Source: Tubiluchus corallicola
Taxonomy: Eukaryota; Animalia; Priapulida
Assembly (NCBI GenBank): GCA_030141605.1
Contig: JAQGDQ010000981.1
Coordinates: 9,326-73,325 of the forward strand
DNA: 64,000 bases
Direction: 5' to 3'
Numbering within the stretch: the stretch's first letter is position 1; each line of letters begins with the position of its first letter. The notes under the pieces were generated by a model, which did no database searches, was not told the DNA's origin, and saw nothing but the letters and a program-made list of their open reading frames with translations. Position numbers and translations under genes: made by a program. This document shows positions 13,150 through 25,590 of this stretch, in pieces.

Positions 13150-13620
13150 ATAGCAGAGAAATGTTGTAAAATCATTTATTATTTCATAGAACCAATACTG
13201 ATAACATAGATTCAGTTTGTCATAAGAACGTCTGGCACAAGTATTTGTTTTAAGGCGTAAGCCAAGTAAGTGGCTGACATAATATAAGTCATTTTTTGCT
13301 AATATAAGGGGAGAAATTTTGGTTCTGATCATAACGAAGGAGGGGAAAATTATGCGGCTTTGGGGTAAAAATGACGCAAATGGTTTGTGGTGATAGGTTG
13401 AATAAGAAGTGTTATGTAATAGACAGGCACCTGGCCCATATCCGAGTGCAGTCAGTGAGGGAGCGTGAATCACCAACACGTGTGCTACTTGTGGCTTGGT
13501 CTAGTGAGAGCCTAGAGCAATAACAACCACAAGTGAATCTACATGCGTATAAAGAAGATCCCCAGACAAAAGTTAAAGTAGTAGGCAGTAATTGCCACAA
13601 AGTGCTGCATTGTCAAAATT
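13150..13620 (-). mobile_element. Possible highly decayed LINE ORF2 3' remnant
   Basis: Fragmentary translations VWGSSL…, HHKPFASFLP… and …KTNTCARRSY loosely resemble LINE ORF2 C-termini. Weak evidence. Confidence 0.3.
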
Positions 13621-14707
13621 TTCACTAAAAAATGTGTTGCCGCCATGGTCAAGGATATTATTCGAGCAAAGAGCACGCGTGAGAACCCTGTTTTGAATAA
13701 TCTAGTTTGTCCAACTTTATAAAACCTTGTTGTTTCAATGATTTATGGTCGTTAACAATATCTTGGTTGAGTTGGCATAAATATGTTTTTCATAAATTCC
13801 CATGCATGCAAACAAACCAATTTGGAACCTATTAAGACGTGATACGTACTGTCCTTTCTTGGATGAAGGCAAATCCCAATAAAAAATAGAATTTTGTACA
13901 CACTGACTATTATTTATGATCGACTAATAACTACGTTGTTGTAATTGTGAGTACAATAACTCACAGAGAGTTTTTGAGCTTTGAGAATTGTTACAAAGTA
14001 CAGTTTTAAAATCCCAGTCATTAATAATACAGAACTGATTGCAAATCATTTATGTAATTAGATATTTATACATATATATTATATTGTATACATTTCATTG
14101 CTGCTTTAGGAATGCATTATTGCTTATTGCAGGAACAAATGAAGAGAATTCAAGAACCACGTTTGACATCAAGAATAAGACTGACTTATTAAACACTAGG
14201 TACCAAATTATTATGAGTTAATGGCTAACATCCAGAAATCACAGCGGCAACAGAAAAATGAAAAAAGTCATTAAATAAGATGCTAGCACTCATATTTAAA
14301 AAATATTTAAATTGTGCAGTGCCAAGATCAAGTGCATAAATTTAAAAATTTCATAATCTACGTTAAATGTGCATATGCATGGCTGCATTAAACTGGCATT
14401 GTTACACTGCCTATTTTTAACATGCAAACTTGCTTTAGTAAGTTATAGAGTAGAAGCACAGCAATTACGCAGACGTGCGGCCTCTCTACACACCGTTAAG
14501 ACAACATTATTGTGATTATAGCAATAGAGCAGATTTAAGAATTCACAGCACACAAACAGAGATCCACATCAACAATTAACCTTCTACACTGATGAATAAT
14601 TCTGCATAAATACGATGGATTCACAACCTGTAGTTCTAGTTATCACAATAAACATGCTGAAGCTAATATAACCTCACCCCACAGGCAGTTTAGGACAATT
14701 CTCATAC

Positions 14708-14824
14708 CTAGTTTCATCTACATAAACAGCCTCTAGTACGGAGGCAGCGTAATGTAGATTTTTCCTGAGATCTTCTGCAGAAATTTCAGAGTTCTTTTCC
14801 AACTGTCGGAGGATGTACCGTAAC
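14708..14824 (-). CDS. PDE1: PDE1 exon (LRYILRQLEKNSEISAEDLRKNLHYAASVLEAVYVDETR)
   Basis: Characteristic PDE1 N-terminal sequence. ttttccag acceptor, AG|GTATGA donor, 117 nt, phase 2-2. Confidence 0.95.
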
Positions 14825-15311
14825 CTGGAAAATTTAGATTACCTGTAAGTCTAAGACCGGTGTGATGAATCTTTAATGTTATAAACTAGCATTAAATTAT
14901 CATGCAGTTTTCTGTATAGTTTATTTATGAAAATTACATGAACGGCTGAAGTACTGCCCTTATAAAAAGTTCCTGAAGAAATTATATACTAATGAGTACA
15001 CCAGTGGTATTTTCAGGTCTGTTATATCACGTTCCTGTGCCATCCAAATTTGGGTAAGAAAAGTTATGCGGGGACAACACAAAAAGGCTACTTATGACAA
15101 AATATCAAAGTTATGCGTAAATAAAGCTCAAAATACGTTCAAAAAGGTTCACTTTAATAGAAATGGTCAGAAAGAAAGCTATTACTTCAAAGCCATTTTA
15201 GGAGAAATGGATTTTTTCGCTATTGAACAGAACTTCTTTTGTACAGTTGGGCTTTCAAACTGCGACAGTTTCTTTTTCTACTCTAGTAATTAAATTGTTC
15301 AGAAAGCTTGC

Positions 15312-15504
15312 CTTAAGGAGGCTTTATCACAGGCGTCAGGGGTATCGATGGCAGGAAGGATGTCAGTTCGCAAATCCACTACCAGAGAATCATCCAATTG
15401 TTTCACTTTTGTACCTGCTGATGCACTTGCCGATGAAGGTAATGAACCATTAGGAAGATTCTTTCGACTAGTGCTTTTTTTGAACACTGTAAATGAACCT
15501 TGCT
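15312..15504 (-). CDS. PDE1: PDE1 exon leading into calmodulin-binding domain 1 (...LPAIDTPDACDKASLR)
   Basis: Part of ORF 15299..15646. Acceptor gttctttcag. Ends at AG|GCAAGC (GC donor), phase 2, joining the next exon to give KASLRLRYILRQLE. Confidence 0.85.
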
Positions 15505-16083
15505 CTGAAAGAACAGCAAAATAAAATGTAAAAATGCAAGGTATCAGACTTATGAATTTGGTACCACTAGTGTCTGTGATCAATGCTACTTCTGTAACTA
15601 ATCTGCATAGTCTAAGGATCAGGATGAGCAGATAAATCGAGCTCACTTTTGAATCAAAGGTTTGATTCTACGGCACCGGTTGCAACGTCTTTAAAAGTGA
15701 ACCACTTGTCCTGTTATTAACATGATAATCAACAACCTTCGTTATCATCATCAGTATTATCTTCATCACCATCACCATCGACAACATTTAGGCATATTAT
15801 TTTCGCAGCCTAGAAATTGTGTATTGGTGATACATGTTATGTATTAACCTTTTTCATAAGTCTAAAGTAGTCGCTACTAATAACAAAATGCATATACCAA
15901 GGTAAATATCATGACCTACCCTATCATATTTCACGTAATGTGACATTATGTGTGAATAAAGATGATAGTACATTTTAGAGGTTTATGATTAATAATTCGT
16001 AATTTCAAACTCTGCTATCAACTAGCAGGACAATAAGTGTGACTACTATTAAGTGTTGTTCTAAGCTGTATAAAAATTCATCA

Positions 16084-16170
16084 CCTCCGCGTCCGCCACC
16101 GCCACCGCCACCGACACCGACACCACCACCACCACCACCACCACCACTTTCATCATCATCATTATCATCC
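16084..16170. repeat. (CCG/CCA)n followed by (TCA)n trinucleotide repeats
   Basis: Seen directly. Explains the poly-Pro and poly-Gly ORFs. Confidence 0.9.
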
Positions 16171-17257
16171 CTTGTCGCCGTGGCCACCATGATCATCCTC
16201 TTAATCCATTCTGTCAAATTGCCTATCAATTTAAAGATCATTCTCTTCGATGAATTTGATAAAGTTGACAAAAAACTTTCTGCAGTAACTTAACCCCTTT
16301 TTTGCTAGGAGTGCGTGTAGTTGAAGTGCATAATTTTACTTTTCTAGGAAGCAGCTATCATCTGCAGCGTTCTAACTAGTGATCCATTAAGCCTACTGCA
16401 TGTTCGTTTGCCGAAGTACAGTGATCCATTAGATGTGCGTGTGTAAATGAAAGCCAAGAGGGAAACTACTTGTCTTTCGAATTAATCAGTCGCTGTAAGC
16501 ATCTGGCAAGTGGTAATCAGTTAAAGTGATTAAAATGGAGTGGGAAAAGCATTCTCTCCGTCACCCATGATTTTAGTAGTTTTATACTTTTTACATTTGA
16601 AAACAGGCAGACATTGTTGTATTAAATTTGAGACATCAACACTAGATACATATCTTTAAGTATTGCCGATTCCAATTACATAAGTACGGCGCACTGAGGC
16701 GTTAAACCAGCCATGATTAAGTCGCTGAAATACGTTAAATATAAAAAAGCTTATAATAGGAAGTTCAAATTTATTTATGAAAGTCAACTGATGTGAACGG
16801 ATAAAACGTACGATTACGGTCTGGACTAGGCTTTTCAACCTGACCTACGTAATAAAATTATTATAATTTTATATCTCTAAATAAACAATTTTATTAGTAT
16901 TTGAGGTCGTTTACCTTTGTAGTTCTTATGCAAACTAGTATACATACAAGTATCATACATACGCTAGTTACGTGTGCTCAGTAATTATTTATATGATACA
17001 TGAAAACGTGAAAATTGTACTAATATGCCATATAAAATAGGTAAAACTTTTTATCGGAATTCATTTTATTGCCGTATCATCTTTTAATGTGTACAGATTC
17101 TATTCATAAATACAAAAAATTCTAAAAACTCCGTGAAATGACCTTTGAAGAAAAATTCAAATAGTTGAATGGAAATTTTGCATTTTGGGTATGAGAAATT
17201 GCTCTTACACATTATAGGAAGTAAATAAAGTAACTAAAGTACCGCTTTTTTACTTAC

Positions 17258-17359
17258 TTTTACTAAATTGACCATTTTTGTTAGCATAAATTCTGTTGCT
17301 GAGAGCAGTGTCATCTTGGGTGGTCTGCTGTTGTGTCCCTTTTTCTGGTGGATTTGCAA
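17258..17359 (-). CDS. PDE1: PDE1 exon, N-terminal extension ((V)ANPPEKGTQQQTTQDDTALSNRIYANKNGQFSK)
   Basis: ttttattacag acceptor, A|GTAAGTA donor, 102 nt, open frame, phase 1-1 matching both neighbouring exons. Confidence 0.75.
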
Positions 17360-20300
17360 CTGTAATAAAAATAAATAATTAGTTAACGTAAACTCTGATA
17401 GCGGTTACAGCTTTTGTAAAGACATGAGGAAATTTTTATTTACTGCAGTATACTATGTGGTAATTTATATGTTAGTCGAAATGCTGTTAATGTAATTCAT
17501 TAGCACATAATACATTTATTTAAATTAAAGTGTGCCCTTGGCACTTGGCTGCACACAACTGGCACGTATTACAATGTTGTATAGCCCTGGTAGGGGGGGG
17601 GGGACAAAACTGCACCAGCTTTTTGTGTTACACCAATGAAATTTGTTATAGCGCGGTTTTGTTGAGTTACTGACGCAGCAGCGATGTTTGACATTTAGGA
17701 TTACACGTAGGATTAACTAACAATGTTACAGCCGCTAATGCAATTGCTATTTTCGTAAACGACCAGGTATTAAACTTTGTGTATAATTAATTACTGCAAA
17801 TTCTGCGAAGTTCATAGGAAGACTCCCCTAGTTTATAGTATCGTTGTTCATGCTAGGTACACTGTCCGGGGACTAAGTAAAATCAGACAACAAACAAACG
17901 ATAACTGTATAGCAGTTACGGTATGATGTGTTATGTCAATAAATTTTTGGCAGTTGTTAAGCCTACTGGATTAAGTCAAGATAAGCTTCGTATTGGTGAA
18001 ATGCATAATTATAGTCATGACGTATGATTTACAAGTAGTTGCTGCCTGCAGAACTTTCCCACGTAGATTTTCATACTAAACGAACCTAAAGGGCTAAATT
18101 GGACAACTTAATGGAAAAAATTGGACAATGTTTATGCCTTTAGACAATGGTCATTGATGCCAATGTCGCATCGCACAATAACAATTGAATTGAATTGAAT
18201 TAAAATTCATTTTTCTCCATTTACAAAATAATAGCGTTTAGCGTTCGACGTCTGTTTATTTCACATGAATTCACTTTTCTAACCTGCCTGTTCCAAATAT
18301 ATCACTATGATAAAAGATATAAGTGATAGAGATAACTTTTTCCACTGAGCCAAGTTTTCGAAACTTGAAAGCAGTTCAGGAGTCTGAGTACGAGAGTTCA
18401 CTGAGTGACTGCCAGTGTGTCTGAGTGTGTCAGCTTTTCGTTATGTTTTTTAACAGCCAGCGCTTTACTAAATCAGGAAACTTTTTTTAACTAGGTAACA
18501 TTTGTGGTGTGCCGGCTGGTACTAACAATTAGTAGATTAGTGACCTAGTTGTAAGCTTAATGTCAGCTCCAACAAGGAACAAGGAAATTTACTTGTCCAT
18601 AAAAAGAAAAAAATCAATACCCCTATAACGTCTAAAAAGGAGGTAGCTAACATATGCATATTTACAGTTAGGTTGATGACTGAATGTTTAATTAAACAAA
18701 ATTATAATGTATTACGTTACAGAGGCAGAAAAAAATGACAAAAAGACCTAATGCAACGGCCTAATGGACTCCTGAATGCAACAAATAATTTTGTTCATTA
18801 ACACTATGTCAGTAATAATGTGAACAGACAAAGTATAAGGGGATACAGCAATACTGAACATATTTTTAAATAAGTCAACCGATCATCAACTGACACTCTG
18901 TCTCTCAGCCAATACGACATCATTGCGAATCGACGAGAGTATTAGCCGTGACATCAGTTAGACATCAATTAGACATCAGTCTAATTTTCTTTTAGACGTA
19001 TGTTAATTAGTATCATCAGACAAAACATCAAAAAGTACATTAGCTGCAGGAAAAGCACTAGTGAACTAGTGGATGTACTAGAACACTGAGCAACAAAAAC
19101 GTCGGTCAGTTTACAGTAGTGTAATGGAGTATACAGCTTTATTACTAATAACATGTCCTCCATGCCATGTCAAATGATAAGACCTAATATTACTAATAGA
19201 TCACTAGTACCAATGATCGGGTTTGGTGGCTGATTGTAAGGAAAGCGGTAAAATGGGCAACGTCGATTGTGACGTTGCCAGTAAAACTAGTAACCTAGCA
19301 ACAGCAGCCTTAACATTAGTTAGCAAGGTGCCAACATACGCCGCCTTAAAAGCCAAAATGTTAGCTGGCAAGATGCCAGCATACCTAGTAACAGCAGCAG
19401 CACCAACAGACCTAGTTCTAGAAGTCTGTCCGTAACGTTAGCTGGCAGAGTGCCAACTAACGCACGAATTATATGCATGTTCTAGAATCTCCCATATTGG
19501 GTATGTAGGTCTGATTCCATCTGAAAAATGACTGACCATGCTAATCTTTCCACTGAATGGAAGCACATCAAATTCATACTAGCCTACTGAACTTATTACA
19601 ACATAATTTTAAAAGTAAACAGCCAATGCTATTAGTCTTCAGGTCTGTAAATATTGAGCTGAGCTGAAACTGGGGAAGATATCCTATGATCCTCCCGGAC
19701 AACCCATGCCACGGCCATACAGCATGAAACTCAATTATCACTATCTGAACACCAAAAGCGAAATAAGTCGGATCAGTTACCCAAGCACGAGCAATAGGCA
19801 GAAGTAGGCCGTTCGATATTTTCATTCAGTTAATGCTAACGTACAGATCTCTTATGTATTTGCTTACTTGGGCAATGATTACCCATTGGAGCGTGACAAG
19901 TGTGGGGCAGTGCGAAAAACAATTAAAATGAAGCCGCGTGCACGGATGACTTCCTCACAAATGGATGAGATGACCGTGATGATGTCTTTCATTTTTGAGA
20001 AAACTCATTAAGCGTTTTCAAAATTTCGTCAGTCTTTTGCAGATTGTCTTTTTCAAGTTCAGTTTAATACCCTTTTATGCCTCGCTTGGCTCAAATGATT
20101 TTAGTTTCAAGACTCATTTTCGCAGACTAAATTTTTAAGATCGAAACTGAAATTCTGTTGAACATAAATCGGCTTATTTGACCAGCAAATACGAAACAGT
20201 CCATATCTGGCCTAAAAGCGGAGTTTTAGTTTCCAGCGCATGCTGAATGAGGTATAATTAGTATTATGTTGGCCGTTCACTTTGTCAAATATTGCTTGTC

Positions 20301-20954
20301 CCGCTCCTGTTCAAGCATTAAATGAAGTAAGAGAAATTAAATTGCTAATCTTCGGTTAATTGGGCCACATTTTTACACTTGGTGAATTTATTGCACATCA
20401 CGTTTTAAAACAATACGTGTATTTATCACACAGGATTTTTATAATACTAAATTTTCACCAAAGCAAAATTTGCCTGAAACAAGACACCAAGCAGCAGCTA
20501 CCTTAGACTGCAATGTGATCCTGTTATTCTAGACAATTTAGTTCGAGTTTTATATCCGTATATAAATGTTAGCAAAATCTGTCAGTTTGTCTAGATTCTA
20601 GAAAAACTGGAGTAATCATTAGGCTTAATCTGTCTGGAGTTTTTGAATTATCATCACGTTTTATTCGGAACCACCTGCGAACGCAATAAGAGTTTGACAA
20701 TAAGCGTGATAAACTGCAGATTATTTTCCCGCAGAACATTAACGCAAATTTTTCGCTCGTCATGGCATTTTATTTTACTGCGAAGTTTATTTTCGACTAT
20801 AGAAGAAACAGTTATAGATTAAAATATAAAACACGACGCTGAAAGGCTTTGAGAACTGTCGGAATGAGGCTGGTGTGTTTTATGTGCTTAACTCGCTATT
20901 TATATAGAAGTTGACAATACCCATGCCTTACGGTAGTTCTTATAATTGATATCC

Positions 20955-21892
20955 ACCCATTTCGCCAGTAAAATTTCTCTCCTATGTTATCTCTTTTTAC
21001 TTCTAACAAAATGTTTCAGTTCGCCAGCAGTACGATTCGCCAATAAAACTGCTCAACTATGTTAATACCGTATCCATAATTTTTGTCAATATTACGGTTC
21101 GCCAGTGGTTTATTCGGATAAAGAATTTTGTTTACTTGTAGTATCTCATATTATATCCGTTTGTTTATCATTTAATGTCGAAATATCATGTAAAGAGCAG
21201 AAAAAGATTGATTTGTGTATTCAAAAACTCCAACTACAAATTAGGTCAGAATTTTTACTTCGCATTTAATATATTATTACTTGCAAAACGAGTTTTTTGG
21301 TCTCGTATTTAGCTGAAGCTAACAAGCTATTTAGTTCAAGTATTCAACGTCAGCAAAAGCCCGTGCAGCTTCATATAGACAAAATTTAATAGCCGCGTTG
21401 CAAGCTTCACTGCTAGAAAATTGTGACGTAAAGCTACTTTTACAGTGAAACACAAGATGAGCCTGGAACATCAAGGTTTATTGCTTTCTTACATTGCTTT
21501 CTTGCTTAGGTCAACATTACATGTAACGTAATGGTCCAAATGCATTCTTATCAGGGCTTTAAAATCAAACGATAAATAAGACGAAGTACACATAGGGCAA
21601 TTTTTGCATAAACAATCTGCCGCCTAATAATAACATAGCCGAAAAATTCGACTTGCCAACCGTACCATTGGCGAACAAAAACAATTTATTTATGGTCAAG
21701 GTATTAACATAGTAGAGAACTTTTATTGGCTAACTCTACTAGTGGCGAGTCGCACCACTGGCGAACCACATTACTTGCGAACAAGAACAATTTGTGATGG
21801 TTAAGGTATTAACATAGTACAAAATTTTTTTTGGCGAAATTGTATACTGGCGAACCGCATCACTGGCGAGCCGTATTAGTGACGAACTGTAC
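20955..21892. mobile_element. Foldback/MULE-like non-autonomous element with tandem subterminal repeats
   Basis: Left side has TTCGCCA repeats and CTATGTTAATACC. Right side has inverted TGGCGAA repeats and two roughly 105-bp units containing GGTATTAACATAG (about 21700 and 21805). Confidence 0.65.
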
Positions 21893-24715
21893 CACTTGAG
21901 CTGTCGATGTGACATACAATCCTTATAATTACATCGATGGCAGTACTAAATGGCACGTAAAATTAGAGATTTGGGAGTGGATTGTTGCGATGTTTTTTTT
22001 ACAAGGTTTGCAACTCAGCAGTAATGTTTCGATAGTACGATCATGCAACTACTATAAGATTGATCAGGCATTTGTAGAGAATTATATGCTCAAATGCTTC
22101 TCGCAGTAAAGCCGCGTTGCATAAACAGTACCTGTGGCCACATAACTTTGCATTCAAGGAAAGTTTCACTCACACGTAATTATGTGAAGAAAATGAAAAT
22201 GTTCAAAATCTAAACCAATCCAAGCCTAGAGCACCGCGAAGCCAAAATTGCAGAGAAGGGTGTTTGATTGACAAAAAAGAAATCTTTTGTCGCGCTAATT
22301 ACTGTATACACTAACAATAAAATGAAGTCAGCGGAGCGGAAAAAGGTACCACGAATCACAATTTTTCTCCTGATATGCGATTTACTGAATTCCGTTTTAA
22401 TTCTGTCCATTTTTTGCTGTATTGTCCCTAATATTGGCGTTCTACAACTCAGTTTCCCAATCAGGGTTGTATCGTCTTTCTGATGATAAAAACCGTCTTT
22501 CTTATTTTTGCTAAGTTTTTAGTTCTTGAAATATAAGAAAACAGTCCATTGAATTCTTGTATAGTTCAGGAGAAACCAGAATGGTTTTCAGTAAAAACGC
22601 GTAGAATCCACACGAGGCCACATTTGACTGGGAAAATGCAAGGATGAATTTCCTGCGGATTCTCGTGAAATGTTATCTGATCATGGCATTCATGTTGACT
22701 TTTCAAATGATGACATTGACGAAGACGTCAGTCATGGGGCGAGGGGGGGGTATCAAAAGCCAAATATTCAAAAGAGTGAATATAAATCTAAATATATTTA
22801 ATTAACGCTGTTGCAAAGATTTGATTCTTATGTACGATTCGCAAGTGGTAACACACGTCTATAATGTATGTATTCAACTTATTTGACCTTATATAATATT
22901 TAAGCTTTGCTAATGTCAAACTGAGATACATGGCAAATGTTAGCTTCTAAAACGAGCTTTTTCACGCACATAACTTGTTTACATAACTCTTAAGGCTCAT
23001 TTGTTCAAACTTGTCTAGTTTTGTGATATCATTCTACCCAAGAATCATAAAAGCAGTGGTAAAACGCAGTGCACACACCAGTTTCGAAAGGAAGCAACAA
23101 TCATTTCTCCATTCTTATTTTCTTCTATAACTTACACTCGAAGACTTAGAAAAATATATTTCCCTATGCCAACAATAAGAAATCGATCCAGAATAGGGTT
23201 TATGTGTGCCACTGATTTTTCTTAATTACAGCACGGAATAACCTTTACATATTACAAAAGTTTACGAAAAGAAAGTTCTTCAAAAGTCGGGAAAAAGTGT
23301 TGTGTACAGCAAGCAAATGGCTACGTTATATTATATGATATGGGTCCTATTTTATTCGGATAATTATAACACAAGTTGTATAAAATCAATCTCAGAAAAT
23401 CAATATTACACTGTCTGTGTATTAACATGTGTCAAAACTAAGTTCTATAAATGAAAACGACAGCTTTTATAGTTCGTTAGGTAAATTAAGGAGTTAATCC
23501 AAAAGAACTATTGTCTGAAAACATTATGCAAATCAGATAGTCTTGCCATTTAAATTTTGTCGGACTAGTCAGGTAATTAAGCCCAATTTCAATTACAATT
23601 TAAGTCTGGTTTTGCATTAAAAGGACATTATTATAAACGTGTGGCATATGACCGCCAAAATTTCAAAGGACATTTCTTTAGGGCATAATTTCGTAACCAT
23701 TAAAACAAGGTTTGGCTGAAATATTTTAATTAGTTGCTTTAGTTAAATTTTGGTAGTATATAAAGAAACTTGATGTTCAGCGTAAAAGACATCTAGCAAA
23801 AAAGGAACAGGAAGAAACGTAACTACCATCGTGATGGAAAATCAAAATTAAGACGTGCATAAAAGCTATTTTCTGAAATGATTTCCTATAATAAACATTA
23901 ATTTGCCTAAGCAACGTAAGCTATGGAAGTGTATACGACACAGTCAAAAACACACAGCACATTACTGCAGTGACACTGGAAGACAAAGTAGTTAGTTACT
24001 GAACTTCTCTAAAGGCGATTCGATCCATGTGTGGCATTTAATGTTAATGTTAATGCAAATGAATACAGACGAGTTTGGTGTAAAGCTTCACACATGGCTA
24101 AGACAAGACTGATGCACGGATTTCAGTAATTTACTATCAGAGGGTAACAGAGCATACATGACTTTATGTAGATTAGTGTGTCTCCTGCAACCCGAAAGGT
24201 TGTGCAATCTGGCTTCACTGAATTTCTCATCTTAGAGATGCTTCTATAGAATGACATCCAACAAATGAGTTAATTTATTAGCTAAGGTGCCTTTTTACTT
24301 CTTGCCGCATCTAGCACCAGTGGTTTTCCGTCGAGCACCCTTGATTACATATATTCTAACAGATTAACAGATGCGCTCATGTTATTTTAGCGTCCGTATA
24401 ATAAATAGTTTGTGATGATAATGTGGTTTATAATGCCAGCAATTATAAATTAAACATGTGGTGTGCATGGTAATCATTATTCAATGAATACACATAAATA
24501 GTTGTTTATTTTGATAATGGCAAACGTTGATATATTTGGGTCATCACACTAATAATAATGATGATGAAGCAACATTTGAGAGAACTATATCAGCACGATT
24601 CATTGACTCTAAGCTCTCTGAAACAAAGAAAGAGTAACTTTTTTATTCTTAAATTTCTTGAGAAGAAGATGAAAGAGATGCTTGAATCAAAATATGGCTA
24701 AAAATAACTGTACTA

Positions 24716-24944
24716 ACTCTGGATTTGAACCAGGGCTAATTGTGTTACAAACTATATGTCTTAGTTCACTCAATCTCTTGCGAGAAAGACAAGTTCTGGA
24801 TCAATCCAATACTCTCATTAAACTTGTTCTCATTAAATGCGAGCAAACATACAGTCGAGAGAGAAAAACGTAAAAACATGCCTAATAAATTTGAACCCTA
24901 GACCTCTGAATTACAAGCTCCACGTTTTTACACTATTCGATTGC
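24716..24944 (-). pseudogene. Two tandem degenerate tRNA-like (SINE head) segments
   Basis: Minus-strand B-box motifs GGTTCAAATCC (24721-24731) and GGGTTCAAAT (about 24889-24898), each preceded by anticodon-arm-like TTGTAA. The cloverleaf is not intact. Confidence 0.45.
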
Positions 24945-25492
24945 TTAATCCCTTCTGACTGAACCCTAATAGTTTCTTCTCATTTCCTCGTTTTGACTGT
25001 AATTGGATTCAAAAATTTTATATAAATAATGAATGTAGGTTTATTCTACCTTTAAAATAATGAGGGGTCTGTAAATGAAAAGTCAAAATCCAGTAATTAC
25101 AAAATGCATTATCTCTATCATCTCAAGTTTCACCCTAAATTTCGAGCTTCTATTGCAAATCATAAGCGAGTAAAAGTCACCTAACAAGGTCACTAAAGGA
25201 ACCCGCATGGTTGCATTAATTTTCATCTGTCTTATAAATTCTTCATTATTATTAAATGAATACAGGGCCGCAAATAATGCATTGAGATTGCATACGTGCG
25301 ACGCATGGTAAGAAACGGACACATTCGTCTTTTGCATGCGGTGAAAACCAATTTACGCCTCACCGGGCATTCGGAGTGAGAAACAAAATTGCGTTTATAT
25401 TATGAAATCCTCAAGGGAAGGAAGTGAATGAGATACTGAAGTCTGTAAGCAACAAATTGCTTGCTTCTGGCTGCAAGAAAGATTAAACTTAC

Positions 25493-25533
25493 CGTCGTGA
25501 CGCTGTACCTTTAGCAACAATTAGTGTGCTCAT
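25493..25533 (-). CDS. Candidate alternative first coding exon of PDE1 (MSTLIVAKGTASR-R)
   Basis: CAAAC-ATG start context and perfect CG|GTAAGT donor in phase 2, compatible with the acceptor at 14824. No homology or transcript support available. Confidence 0.35.
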
Positions 25534-25547
25534 GTTTGTGATTGTAT

Positions 25548-25590
<43 letters not shown>

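Noticed and set aside
19223-19460. Ala-rich ORF with three TTAGC…TGCCA repeats
   Set aside because: TTG start, short degenerate tandem repeat and no homology recognised.
20569-20763. ATG-initiated minus-strand ORF as another PDE1 first exon
   Set aside because: No strong in-phase donor before its stop codon and no similarity to PDE1.
21660-21892. CRISPR-like repeat/spacer array
   Set aside because: Eukaryotic context, degenerate repeats, non-unique spacers and no cas genes. Better explained as transposon subterminal repeats.
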